Origin: Octopus bimaculoides
Taxonomy: Eukaryota
Assembly (NCBI RefSeq): GCF_001194135.2
Contig: NC_068982.1
Location: 133,477,127-133,541,126, forward strand
DNA: 64,000 nucleotides
Direction of reading: 5' to 3'
Shown here: piece after piece, positions 1-10,700 of the stretch
Numbering within the stretch: position 1 is the stretch's first letter
Layout of the letters: each line of letters opens with the position of its first letter
Notes under the pieces: generated by a model
What the model was told of the DNA's origin: nothing
Database searches by the model: none
What the model saw: the letters and a program-made list of their open reading frames with translations, nothing else
Program-made: the position numbers and the translations under genes

Positions 1-98
1 ATGGAGAAGTTCGATTTGATGGGAAACTTACAGCTAAAGATATTGAAACATTTGTAGTTGCTAATAAGCTACCTCTTGTTATTGAGTTCAACCAAGAA
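1..98 (+). CDS. P4HB: Protein disulfide isomerase, internal exon (5' part outside window)
   Basis: Frame 3 reads GEVRFDGKLTAKDIETFVVANKLPLVIEFNQE, then donor GTAAGT at 99 (phase 0). Matches the b/b' junction of PDI (human ...NQLPLVIEFTEQ, recalled). Confidence 0.9.
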
Positions 99-410
99 GT
101 AAGTATAAATTATATTTAACATTAACTAAGTTTTCTATTGCTGAGTAATTTACTTTCATTTAAAAATAGTTTGTCAAAAATATTTTAAACGAAAAATAAA
201 CTTGAGTGAATTCAATGTACTGTAGAATTTTAGCGATCATCTTTCATTTTTTTGTACTTTGAGAAAATTTTCAACAATAAATTTGAGGCCTTGTGCACAT
301 GTAAGAAATTCATATTTCTTGTCATGCAGAAATGTTCATTAATTTAAAGTAATATAAAGTGTTTATCTATTTATTTAAGAAAATTTTTTTTGTGGTATCT
401 TTTTGAACAA

Positions 411-1652
411 TCAGGTCATCCCATAAGTTCTGTCCGATTTTACCTTTTTTAAAATTGAATGAAATTTAATAGTATTTTAGAATGTCTAATGGAATTAAAA
501 ATTATAATAGAATTAAAATTTCTTTGATTAAAACCATTTCTAACATGGAAGTATCCAAAGAGCATTTGAGGCACATAATGCTTTATGAGTACAAAAATGG
601 AAACTCTGCAGCCGAAGCGACTCGAAACATACTCAGTTTATGGGAAAGAATGCTTGAATGAAAGACCTTGCAGAAGATGGTTTGCAAAATTCAGAAGTGG
701 AGATTTCAGCCTTGAAGATGAAGATCGAACAGGACGTTCAGNNNNNNNNNNNNNNNNNNNNNNNNNNNNNNNNNNNNNNNNNNNNNNNNNNNNNNNNNNN
801 NNNNNNNNNNNNNNNNNNNNNNNNNNNNNNNNNNNNNNNNNNNNNNNNNNNNNNNNNNNNNNNNNNNNNNNNNNNNNNNNNNNNNNNNNNNNNNNNNNNN
901 NNNNNNNNNNNNNNNNNNNNNNNNNNNNNNNNNNNNNNNNNNNNNNNNNNNNNNNNNNNNNNNNNNNNNNNNNNNNNNNNNNNNNNNNNNNNNNNNNNNN
1001 NNNNNNNNNNNNNNNNNNNNNNNNNNNNNNNNNNNNNNNNNNNNNNNNNNNNNNNNNNNNNNNNNNNNNNNNNNNNNNNNNNNNNNNNNNNNNNNNNNNN
1101 NNNNNNNNNNNNNNNNNNNNNNNNNNNNNNNNNNNNNNNNNNNNNNNNNNNNNNNNNNNNNNNNNNNNNNNNNNNNNNNNNNNNNNNNNNNNNNNNNNNN
1201 NNNNNNNNNNNNNNNNNNNNNNNNNNNNNNNGCAACAATCAATGCTCAAGTCTACTGTCAGCCATTAGAACATTTGAACCAATCTTTGAAGAAAAAGAGA
1301 CCCACTTTAATGAATCAAAAAGGAGTGATGTTTCATCAGGACAATGCGCAACCCCACACTGCAAAGCTCACATCACAGAAGATCGAAGAGCTTGGTTGGG
1401 AAAAAATTCCTCATCCACCATATTCTCCCGACCTTGCTCCTTCAGGCTACATTTGTTTCGTAGTTTACAGAATCATTTGGGGGACATAACTTTCGCAAGC
1501 CAGGAGGAGGTCGAAACTGACATTTCAGAGTTCTTCGCTTTGGAACCAAAAGAGTTTTACATTGATGGGATTAAAAAGTTTGTAAATAGATAGAAGGAAG
1601 TCATAGATAATCAGGGAAAGAAAATTCGGATAGAACTTAGGGGATGACCTGA
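411..1652 (+). mobile_element. Decayed mariner (Tc1/mariner, D34D class) in a PDI intron
   Basis: ~30-bp TIRs tcaggtcatcccataagttctgtccga / tcggatagaacttaggggatgacctga, with TA on the right. The transposase starts at 545 (MEVSKEHLRHIMLYEYK) and includes WFAKFRSGDFSLED, HQDNAQPH and HPPYSPDLAPS. It has frameshifts, and the middle lies in an N gap. Confidence 0.93.
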
Positions 1653-2499
1653 TATAATATCCAATTATCATTATTTGGGCATTGTAAAGGGGATATAACA
1701 TTTTCAGACATAATTTTAATTTTTGCATAATTTTCAATATTCTACTTATTTTTGAAATTACTTTGCACATATCTAGTTCGTTTTATAACATATATCAAGG
1801 CAGACTTGTTTGAGCTATTGGTAAATGATATAAGCTGTAAGATTACATTTGCAAATCACATTTAGCTTATAAGTTTATAATATGTTTAGTTATCCTTGAC
1901 AGAATAATAAATCTTGTCAGTGATGGTTTTTTCATTTAAAACGTCCATTGTTGAAGAAAAACGTAAAACTCTGTTTTTGTGAAGTTTAAATATTAAAAAA
2001 AAAAAAATTTGAAAACAAGTCATTTCTTTATTCTAAGAGTTTTATACTTATTAGAACTAAAACACAACAGTTAATATTAAGTGAAAGACTGCTGAGGTTG
2101 AATTTGATTTTCATCCTTTTGGGGTCAGGAAAACAAGTATTAGTTGAACACTAGGGTTGGTGTAATAGACTTACACCTCCCCCAAAATTGCTGGCCTTGT
2201 ACAAAAATTAGAAACCAGTATTAAGTGAAAGACAATAGATTGGCAGAATCATTAGAGCATTGGACAAAATGCAGTGTGGTATTCCTTCTAGCTGATCTGA
2301 TTTCAGATCTCGTCATAATCTACTTAATTTGATTTTCAAGAAAATCAAACACTAATGAAGTATTATGATCAATGGAATTAGCTTACTCTTTCCTCCTGTA
2401 ATTTCATGCTTTGTAGGTTGGAAACTATTAACTGAAATATTGCTAGTATATTTCATTCATTCAACAGCTTCAACATTAATCTTTTCTTTTATCTTTAAG

Positions 2500-2622
2500 T
2501 CCGCCCAGAAAATATTCAGTGGAGACATCAAAAATCACCTTCTATTGTTTTTGAAAAAATCTACAAAACCAGAAAGTCTTCTTGATTCTTTTAAAACTGT
2601 TGCTAAACAATTTAAAGGCAAG
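2500..2622 (+). CDS. P4HB: PDI exon (b' domain)
   Basis: tttaag|TCC...AAG|gtatgt; SAQKIFSGDIKNHLLLFLKKSTKPESLLDSFKTVAKQFKGK; 123 nt, phase 0/0. Confidence 0.93.
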
Positions 2623-3258
2623 GTATGTATTTAGTGTCATACATTCTTTTAGTTTGTTTATTTCAGCTCTGTTGGTTTTAGCTTCAGAAGTATATTTTTG
2701 TGTTTATTACATTATTTTAAGCTTTCAGTAATTTAGTTAAAAGAAAAAAAATTGCATTAAAATTCATTCTGTTTATCATAGTTTTAACATGCACTCTCAT
2801 CCATTTGCATGGGTGACATAAAATTCACTGAGGCAGATTTTCTGCAACTGGGTGCCCTTCCAGTTGCCAATCTTTAGCCATTTCCGAGCAAAGTATTATT
2901 TCTCCATGATTGGATATGTTTTTGCTGAAAATAGGAAATGAACCCTGCCTGTATGACAGTGACACTTGTTTACAGCTATCACACAATGTGAAAACAAGAA
3001 GATACACATGATAACCTTGTTTCAGTTTCTGTCTACAAATCCATTCACAAGGCTTTGGTTAGCCCAGGGCTATAGCAGACACATTTGCCCAAGGTGTCAT
3101 ACAGTGGGAATGAGCCTGAAACTTTGGTCTGCTTGGGCTATAGTAGAAGACACTTGCTCTTGTTACCTCACTGAGATTGAACCCGAAACTATATGTGAAG
3201 AAAGCAAACTTCTTAACCACACGGCCATATTTACACCTATGAATTATTTTCATTTCAG

Positions 3259-3459
3259 GTTCTATTTATCAATATTGATATTGAAGATGAAGACAACATG
3301 AGGATTTTGGAGTTCTTTGGTCTAAAGGAAGAAGAGTGTCCATCCATCAGACTCATTCGTTTAGATGATGAAATGTCCAAATATAAACCAGATACCACAG
3401 ACCTTACCACTGAATCAATGACAAAGTTTGTTCAAGACTTTTTGGATGGTAAAATTAAA
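3259..3459 (+). CDS. P4HB: PDI exon (b' domain)
   Basis: tttcag|GTT...AAA|gtatgt; VLFINIDIEDEDNMRILEFFGLKEEECPSIRLIRLDDEMSKYKP...DFLDGKIK; 201 nt, phase 0/0. Confidence 0.95.
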
Positions 3460-4685
3460 GTATGTAAATTTTATTATTTCTTTTCAATTTGTTGGTTTTA
3501 AAATATAATTTCATATGTCCAACAGTTTGGCTGGAGTTAGCTCTGAAATGGGCTTGTATCCCATTCATAGTAAATCTTGTACTAAATGAGAGCCTTAAAA
3601 ATGGTATGGGATCTACAATAAGTTGCTAATGGACTTGTATGCTTGAGACAAACTAACTTGAACTTCTTACAATGTCTATTCAAAATGTGTTTAAAGGAAG
3701 ACCAAATACCAACAAATAATGCTATATAATTGAATTGTTTATATACCATTCAAAATTTTGTTTCCTTATGCAAACTAATGAAATGTTCAATTCTATAGCA
3801 TTCCCTCTACTAAAATAGTAAACTCTTACTATAGCACATATTTACAATAAATGGATAAGTTAAGTTCAAGTGTCCTTTCTAAAGAGACTATAACATTAAT
3901 TGCTGATAGGGACACTGTATTTTGTTATGTAACAATATGACTATTTAAGCAATGTGTTTCTGGATGGGTAATGGGTCGGATGTGGTGCTGAAGAAGGAGC
4001 AAAAACTCCCAAAATATGCATATACACCCCTTGCCTATTTTTCTATCTCCAATCACATTATTTACATATATTTGTTTGTATATGAAACATGATAAATCAG
4101 TGCTGACTCTAATTTCTATAGAATATCTGTAGAGATAGCCAATATCATACTTTTAAAAGCTATCTTTTGACCTTTAGACATTATTCTACCAATTGCCTAC
4201 TGCAACAATTTAGATTTACATTTGCACTCACATAATTTTTGTTGAAGCTTTAAGTGACGTGTTTGATTATGTGAAGTTTTCAGTTTGCATTTGAAATTAT
4301 TCAAGAATAATTCAAATTTTCCAGTCGGAAAGTGTGATAGTCTTTTCATCAGCTAATTTATATCTCTTTGTTTTAATCTGGTCTTATATACCCCTTTTTA
4401 GCAAAGGTGAAGCTGGAAATGTTTAGAGAAAAAAAAATAATTGAAATAATTCAATATTTGTTGCATATTACATTCAAAGAAAGGAAAATGGCTTTGGAAG
4501 CTATTTTGTAATTGAAAAAAATGACACAGAGAGAGGTACTCACATCAAAATGATTACATTTTATAATGTAAAATTTTCAGATATTGAGTGATTATTAGAA
4601 AAGTGTCTTTATATTTATATAAAATGTTTTGTAATTGTTCTCTTTTAAGAGAATTAATCTAGCCAATACAATATTTTTCTTGTAG

Positions 4686-4806
4686 CAACATATGATGAGT
4701 GCTGATCTTCCTGAAGAATGGGATGCTAAACCAGTAAAAATTTTAGTGGGTACTAATTTCAATGCTGTTGCCAAAGATAAGACTAAGAATGTGTTTATTG
4801 AATTCT
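4686..4806 (+). CDS. P4HB: PDI exon (x-linker and start of a' domain)
   Basis: tgtag|CAA...TTC T|gtaagt; [40 protein letters not shown]; 121 nt, phase 0/1. Confidence 0.95.
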
Positions 4807-5888
4807 GTAAGTATCATCATTTTAACATCCATGTTTTTCATGCTAATATGGGTTTGGCATGTTTTAGTAATGGACTCAAAACTATTGAGTACATATATAT
4901 ATATATATATATATATAAACATGTTTTTTAAACACCTACTTGTCCATGCTCAATGGATCAGACTGATTTTGTTGAGGTAGATTTTCTACAGCCAGGTACT
5001 CATCCTGTTGCCAACCCTTACTTGTTTCCATGTGAGGCAATGTTCTCCCATGACACAAAGATTGAAAAGTGCACCATCATGCTGCTTACATGATGGTGGT
5101 ACTCATTTACAACAATCAAACAAAGTCGAGGCAAGAAATGATAAGTAGAAAGACAGGTACCCAAGGCACCATGCAGTGGAACTGAACTTGAAACTGTGTA
5201 GTTGGAAAGCAAACTTCTAGCCTTTGACTATGCCTATACATATTGCTTAAGTCTGCTTTCCATTACGTAGAAATTTCCCTGAGATATCTGTCAGCTCAGA
5301 GCTTAATAAAAATATTTAAAAAAAAACTCTTGCCCAGTGCTACACATCAGGAACAAATCTGAAGCTATGTTGTTTTAAAGCAAACTTCTTAATCACAGAG
5401 CCACATTTTACACTGGAAATATCCAGTGTTACTTTTTATGTGTTTCAGTCATGTGACTGTGGACATGCTGTGACTTCACCTTGAACAGATCAACACCTGT
5501 ACTTATTTTTGAGTCTAGTATTTACTCTGTGTCACTCTTTTGCTGAACTGCACATTAGTGTTTGGAGGGGTGCAGCTCTTTGGCTGATGATGTATATGCA
5601 TGTGTAGGTATGTATACAATGGGCTTCCACACAGTTTCCATCTTCCAAATTCACTCACAAGGCATAGGGTCCAGGGCTAGAGAAGATACTTGCCCAAGAT
5701 GCTACGGTGGAACAGCTCAAAGTCTCCTGGTTTCAAAACAAGCTTTTTAACGACTTTCAAATACATGATTTCTGTGACTTTATTTTTTTGCATAAATCTT
5801 AATGAGAGAAGCTAAGTGCAATTGATTTTGCATTATCTAAAGGAATTCTTTCCATTATGATTATATTTGCTACTTGTTACATTTTCAG

Positions 5889-6067
5889 ATGCTCCTTGGT
5901 GTGGCCACTGTAAGCAGTTGGCTCCAATCTGGGATGAATTGGGAGAGAAATTCAAGGATCGTGAAGATATCGTCATTGCCAAAATGGATGCTACTGCCAA
6001 TGATTTAGAAGACATCAAAATTAACAGCTTCCCAACACTGAAATATTTTCCTAAAAATAGTGATGAG
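5889..6067 (+). CDS. P4HB: PDI exon with a' active site WCGHC
   Basis: tttcag|AT GCT CCT TGG TGT GGC CAC TGT...GAG|gtaata; (Y)[23 protein letters not shown]...[13 protein letters not shown]; 179 nt, phase 1/0. Confidence 0.97.
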
Positions 6068-7084
6068 GTAATAAGATTATGTACTTCTAAATCTTTTTAA
6101 TAATTTTATTTTTTATAAAATTAAAAGAATGCAAGTTAGAAGAAAAAATACAGGTCAATGGTTTGCACTTTTGCCTTGTTCTGGAAATATTTTCATGACA
6201 TTTTCTTTTGTTATAAAGCCAAAACTAAGCAAGTAATAAGAAAAAATATAAGTTAATCATTTCTTGTTCAGGAAATATTTGGAGAAATGATTAACATATA
6301 TTTTTTCTTATAACTTGCTTTGTTTTGGCATTATAAAAAAAAAATTTTAATTTCATGCAAACTATATCATTTTACATATTTGCTACTAAATGTTATTTGT
6401 GTGTGAGTGGGTGAGATTATCATGTCTACCTGATATTCTACTGCTGGATACCATTTGTTTTCAAGTTCTGGATTTCATTCCAATGGTTTTTCACACATTG
6501 TACTAAGCTTCAAGACACAAATGTTACTGCTGTCCAGGCAATCTCTGAAGCCACATGGCAGCAACCATACCTGCATGTGTGCATACACAGCTTCTGTACA
6601 ATTTCTGTTTACCATATTTCACTTGAGGCTATGGTAGACACTTAATTAAGGTGCCATGCTTGCATATGTGCATGTGTGTGTAAAAATCATTGATTCAGCA
6701 TCCATTTTTCCATGCTTGCAGGGCTGAGATAAAATTTATTCAGGCAGATATTCTAAGTCAAGAAACCTTCTTTCTAAGCCAGATAATGTCACCTTAGTCA
6801 TTTGAATAAGAATACTACAATGATTGAATATTATTTTCAAGGAAGATTGCAAATGTATGGCATTGCTTTTATGACAGTGATATTTGTTTCCAACTATCAT
6901 ACACTTGCCTAAGGTGCCATGCAATGGGACTGAAGATAAACCCATATGTTTGTGAAGCAAACTTCCCTACATCTCTGCTATATCTCCATACCCTTATTTC
7001 TTAAATATTTCTCTCGATCAAGAAAAGAAATACTTTCTGTTAATAGAATTCATTTTAATAAATGTCTTTATTTCTTGTTTTTAG

Positions 7085-7165
7085 GTAATAGATTATAATG
7101 GTGCCAGAACATTGGAGAGCTTTGTTAAATTCTTAGAAAGTGGTGGAAAAGAGGGAGCTGAATTG
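7085..7165 (+). CDS. P4HB: PDI penultimate exon
   Basis: ttttag|GTA...TTG|gtaaat; VIDYNGARTLESFVKFLESGGKEGAEL; 81 nt, phase 0/0. Confidence 0.93.
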
Positions 7166-7403
7166 GTAAATACATTATTTCTCTCAGAATTTAATTTTAA
7201 TCCCCNNNNNNNNNNATGAGTTCAAATCACACTGAGGTAAACTTTACCTTTTATTCTTTTGTGGGCTGATGACGTAAAGTATCGGTTGAAGCACTGGAGG
7301 GTGATTTAATCAACTTACTTCCACCCCCAAAATTTCAGGCCTTGTCTCAAATTAGAAAGTTATTAATGGTGATGAATAGCATCAAACAAAATGTCATGTG
7401 GTA

Positions 7404-7494
7404 TACGAGGGGTGTTTGAAAAGTTTTGAGTCTTGAAGTCTTGTACCATATTTTTTTTTTTTTGAGGCTCAAGACTTTTCATACACCATTCGTA
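7404..7494. mobile_element. ~90-bp mariner-derived micro-MITE in the last PDI intron
   Basis: Imperfect ~30-bp TIRs tacgagggggtgtttgaaaagttttgagtct / aggctcaagacttttcatacaccattcgta with TA ends; interrupts a SINE relic. Confidence 0.65.
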
Positions 7495-7700
7495 TGTTTG
7501 AAGCCACTCTATGATTTCTAATTTATTTCCATCTTCCCATATAGTATGGGTAGTGCAGTGGGGTGACTTTTATCTTTATTCATTTATTTTTTCTTAAATT
7601 TAAAAATTCAGATAATTAAATATTTTACCTGTCCTATTATTTGATTATAATTTCCTTTTTTGAAATAAGATTTAACATAACTTTCTATATTTCCTTACAG

Positions 7701-7766
7701 GAGAGTGAAACAGCAGAAGAAGAAGAAGAGGAGGAGGAAGACGAACACAAACATGTAGAATTATAA
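7701..7766 (+). CDS. P4HB: PDI last coding exon: acidic tail and HVEL-stop
   Basis: ttacag|GAG AGT...CAT GTA GAA TTA TAA; ESETAEEEEEEEEDEHKHVEL*. Confidence 0.92.
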   Translation, partial: ESETAEEEEEEEEDEHKHVEL

Positions 7767-10700
7767 AATTATTATATCACTTTTTTGTGATCATTTCTTA
7801 TTTCATCTTTTCCTGTGCAACAGTGGTTTCTCTTGGCCAATTGGCTCGGCTACCATGTTGCTGCAGCAGCGATGGCCATTCATCGGACAATTTAGGCTAC
7901 TACTGTCCATCACTATTTGCATTTCACACACACTTTCTCTCTCTCTCTCTCTCTCTCTCTCAAACTCATCTATTTCCAAATCTTTCAGCCCAGAGATATG
8001 AACCCTTTCTCAAAAATCCTATTCTTAAATGCTGCAATAACAGCATTTGGAATCTAATTTTATTTTGTGCGCTCATGTTTAACATGAGTAAAAGGACAAC
8101 TTGACTCTTAACTAAACAAATTTAAACAAGCTTTTTTGTAACAAACATTTAAAAAAAAAATAGAAAAAAAGGGGGAAAGATAATAAATACTAATAATTCT
8201 TTCATGTGTGGTGACTCTTAAAATTTATTTTTGTTTCTAAAGAACTGTGTTTTTTTTTTTTTTTTAATTACTTTTTGTCGTTTTTTTTTCTTTTAAAGTC
8301 TTCCAGTTTATATTGAGATAGTGATGGACTGGCCAGTGCTGCTGCAGAGTGCTCTGATTTAAACTGAGACTGTCTTACTGGAAACATTAGATATTCTGAA
8401 CTAACTCTTTATTTTTGCTCATTTTCACTCCTTCCTCTCTAATACTTGGCTTCTTAATGTTCGGATACGTATTTTTCCTTTTTAATATTATAAACATTTG
8501 TCATTTAATTCTAGTAGCTATTAATACCAAATTAACCACTTCAAATTAATTAATGGAAATATTCTTGGCATCTCTATAAGTTGTTCTAATTAGTTTTGTA
8601 TAGATATCTCTTAGGAAGTATTTGTGGGTGAGGGCGTTCATCTTTATTTCTGAATTTTATCTTAAGGAAATTTATCTTTTGTTTTAGTACAGATTAGTAT
8701 AAGTAAAATTTTACATCATTACATGTTATGTTGGTTAATTTGTAAATAAGGTCATTTTGTTTTGCTTTGTATGCTTTATGCCTACTTTGGGGAGATGTAC
8801 TACTGCTTGAAATTTAGAATAATCCCCTATTCTTTTTGTTTACTTAAAATCAAAATAGTATCGTCTTGACAAAATCCTCATAAAAAAAATTATGATAAAT
8901 ATCATCTGTTGTTAAAATTCATTGATCAATTACCTATAAAGGGTGGTGGGATCTAATTTCATCATGCCTTCATATTTTGTAAAAATTATTAAAAAAAACA
9001 CACATTGGGTAACATTTTTTGTTTGCAACATTTCTCTCTTATGAAGTAAATTTTCAAGATCTAAACATTTTGTTTGGCATAATCAAGTGGTATGGGAGGA
9101 AATAATTCACACATATCTATGAATGGAATTTCATTTAAAAATTAACCTACAATATTAATACAAATTTCCCTTCATGTAGGGGGACTATAGAAGAACAGGA
9201 TTTATCACAACCATGATCTCAAAATTCCCTCTTGGGTTATTTTTCTATCATCATGCAATCATATGTGGCTAAATTTGAAATACTAAGTTCACTGAAGCTA
9301 AAAAGCTTTATCACTTTTCTAAGTGGGAAAGTTTAAAAAGAAACTGTGATTGACTTAATCATCCTTGATTCAAATTGATGCACAAGGTACTGGAACTAAC
9401 CTATAAGAACTTACTGTAGTTATATTTTCTACCTGAATACTGCAATAAGACAACTGCAGTTGCCTTATCTCAATTGTTTCAGGCATTGTTATTTGGTTAG
9501 ATGTAAACTGTGCTCCTGTCAGATAGGTATTGGAGATAAAAACTGTTTGAATATAAGTGTTTTCATAGTGTAAAATGAAATCATTTAGAAATTAGCTTTA
9601 CATTTGAGGTGCATACATTATTTGTACTTGGATACATAAAGTAACAGTTGTAGAATATATCCATATATTTTACATAGTGCAAACATTATCTGGTATATGC
9701 TGGGTAGAGTGGATAGATACGTATTTATTATCAAAGTTGACGGTCTATTCTGAGTCTCACCCTTAGCTGGGCTGTTCACTTTATACTCAGTCTGGTTGCA
9801 ATATAATAAAACAGTTTTAGTTTAGAGCAAAATTCACTAAGAGTTCACTTACAAACACCATTACTTTCTTATATTTTAAAATCATGTAATTTTCTTTTGA
9901 CATTTTAATTTTAAAGAAGTTGTTACTTTCAGTGCAGTTTAAGTTCATGACTGCTGGACTATTTCAATTTAGAAATTCTTAGTTTGTCCACATTCTAAAA
10001 TATGGAAACAATTTTTCCTTGTTAAATTTTCATTAAGTTTGGGACCATGGTGTAATAATGTTTCTTTTAAAAAGATAATGAAGATTAAGAAATTGAATTT
10101 TGAGGATCAAGTTTTTGCTTAGTAACATTTTTGAGAAGAATTTATAAAATCTACCTCAAAATTTTCAGGATTTTTTTTTTTTTGTAAGAAATGTTTTCCT
10201 ATTCACATCAATATTTAAAAAAAAATTTCTTTCACCTTGTTACTTTAAACTGTCTTCTTTTCATGCTTATAAAACACTATAAGCATGTCTTGGTCTTATC
10301 TAGACAATATTTGTCTATTATTAGTTCAGAATAGATAAATCAAATTACAAGACTAGTAAATTTCTCTTGTTTTCCATTTTTCAGTTCTGAAGTTTATTTC
10401 TGATGTCACAATCCTCCTTCAATTTTTTCTCCCTAGTAGTGTGTAGTCTTAAGCTCCTTTACAAATTGCTCAGACTTGATCATATTGTGTGCATGTGAGT
10501 TTGCTCATGTGTGGACTAGCTGGTTCTTGGAAAAAAGGGCCACAGTTTAACGATCACCTCTGCCTTAATTTATCAAGTGTATTTCTAAGTGTGACTTATC
10601 GATGGTTGGATATTCATAAAAATTCTGTGATAGTTCTCCTTAGTGATTTTTTTTTTTTTCTTCTATTAGATTTTAAATTTACTTCTGCTTCAGAACTGAA

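Noticed and set aside
585-1268. Long ORFs spanning N runs (also 19200-19865, 24077-24631, 31034-31273, 41829-42131, 46968-47699, 58182-58723)
   Set aside because: Their length comes from assembly gaps read as X. Only the mariner and HERO portions have protein signal.
2365-2499. Hydrophobic N-terminal extension of ORF 2365-2634
   Set aside because: Intronic read-through upstream of the PDI acceptor at 2499; exon phase and homology start at 2500.
7837-7855. ER-stress element (CCAAT-N9-CCACG) near PDI
   Set aside because: CCAAT is present but CCACG does not follow on either strand, and the site is downstream of the gene.
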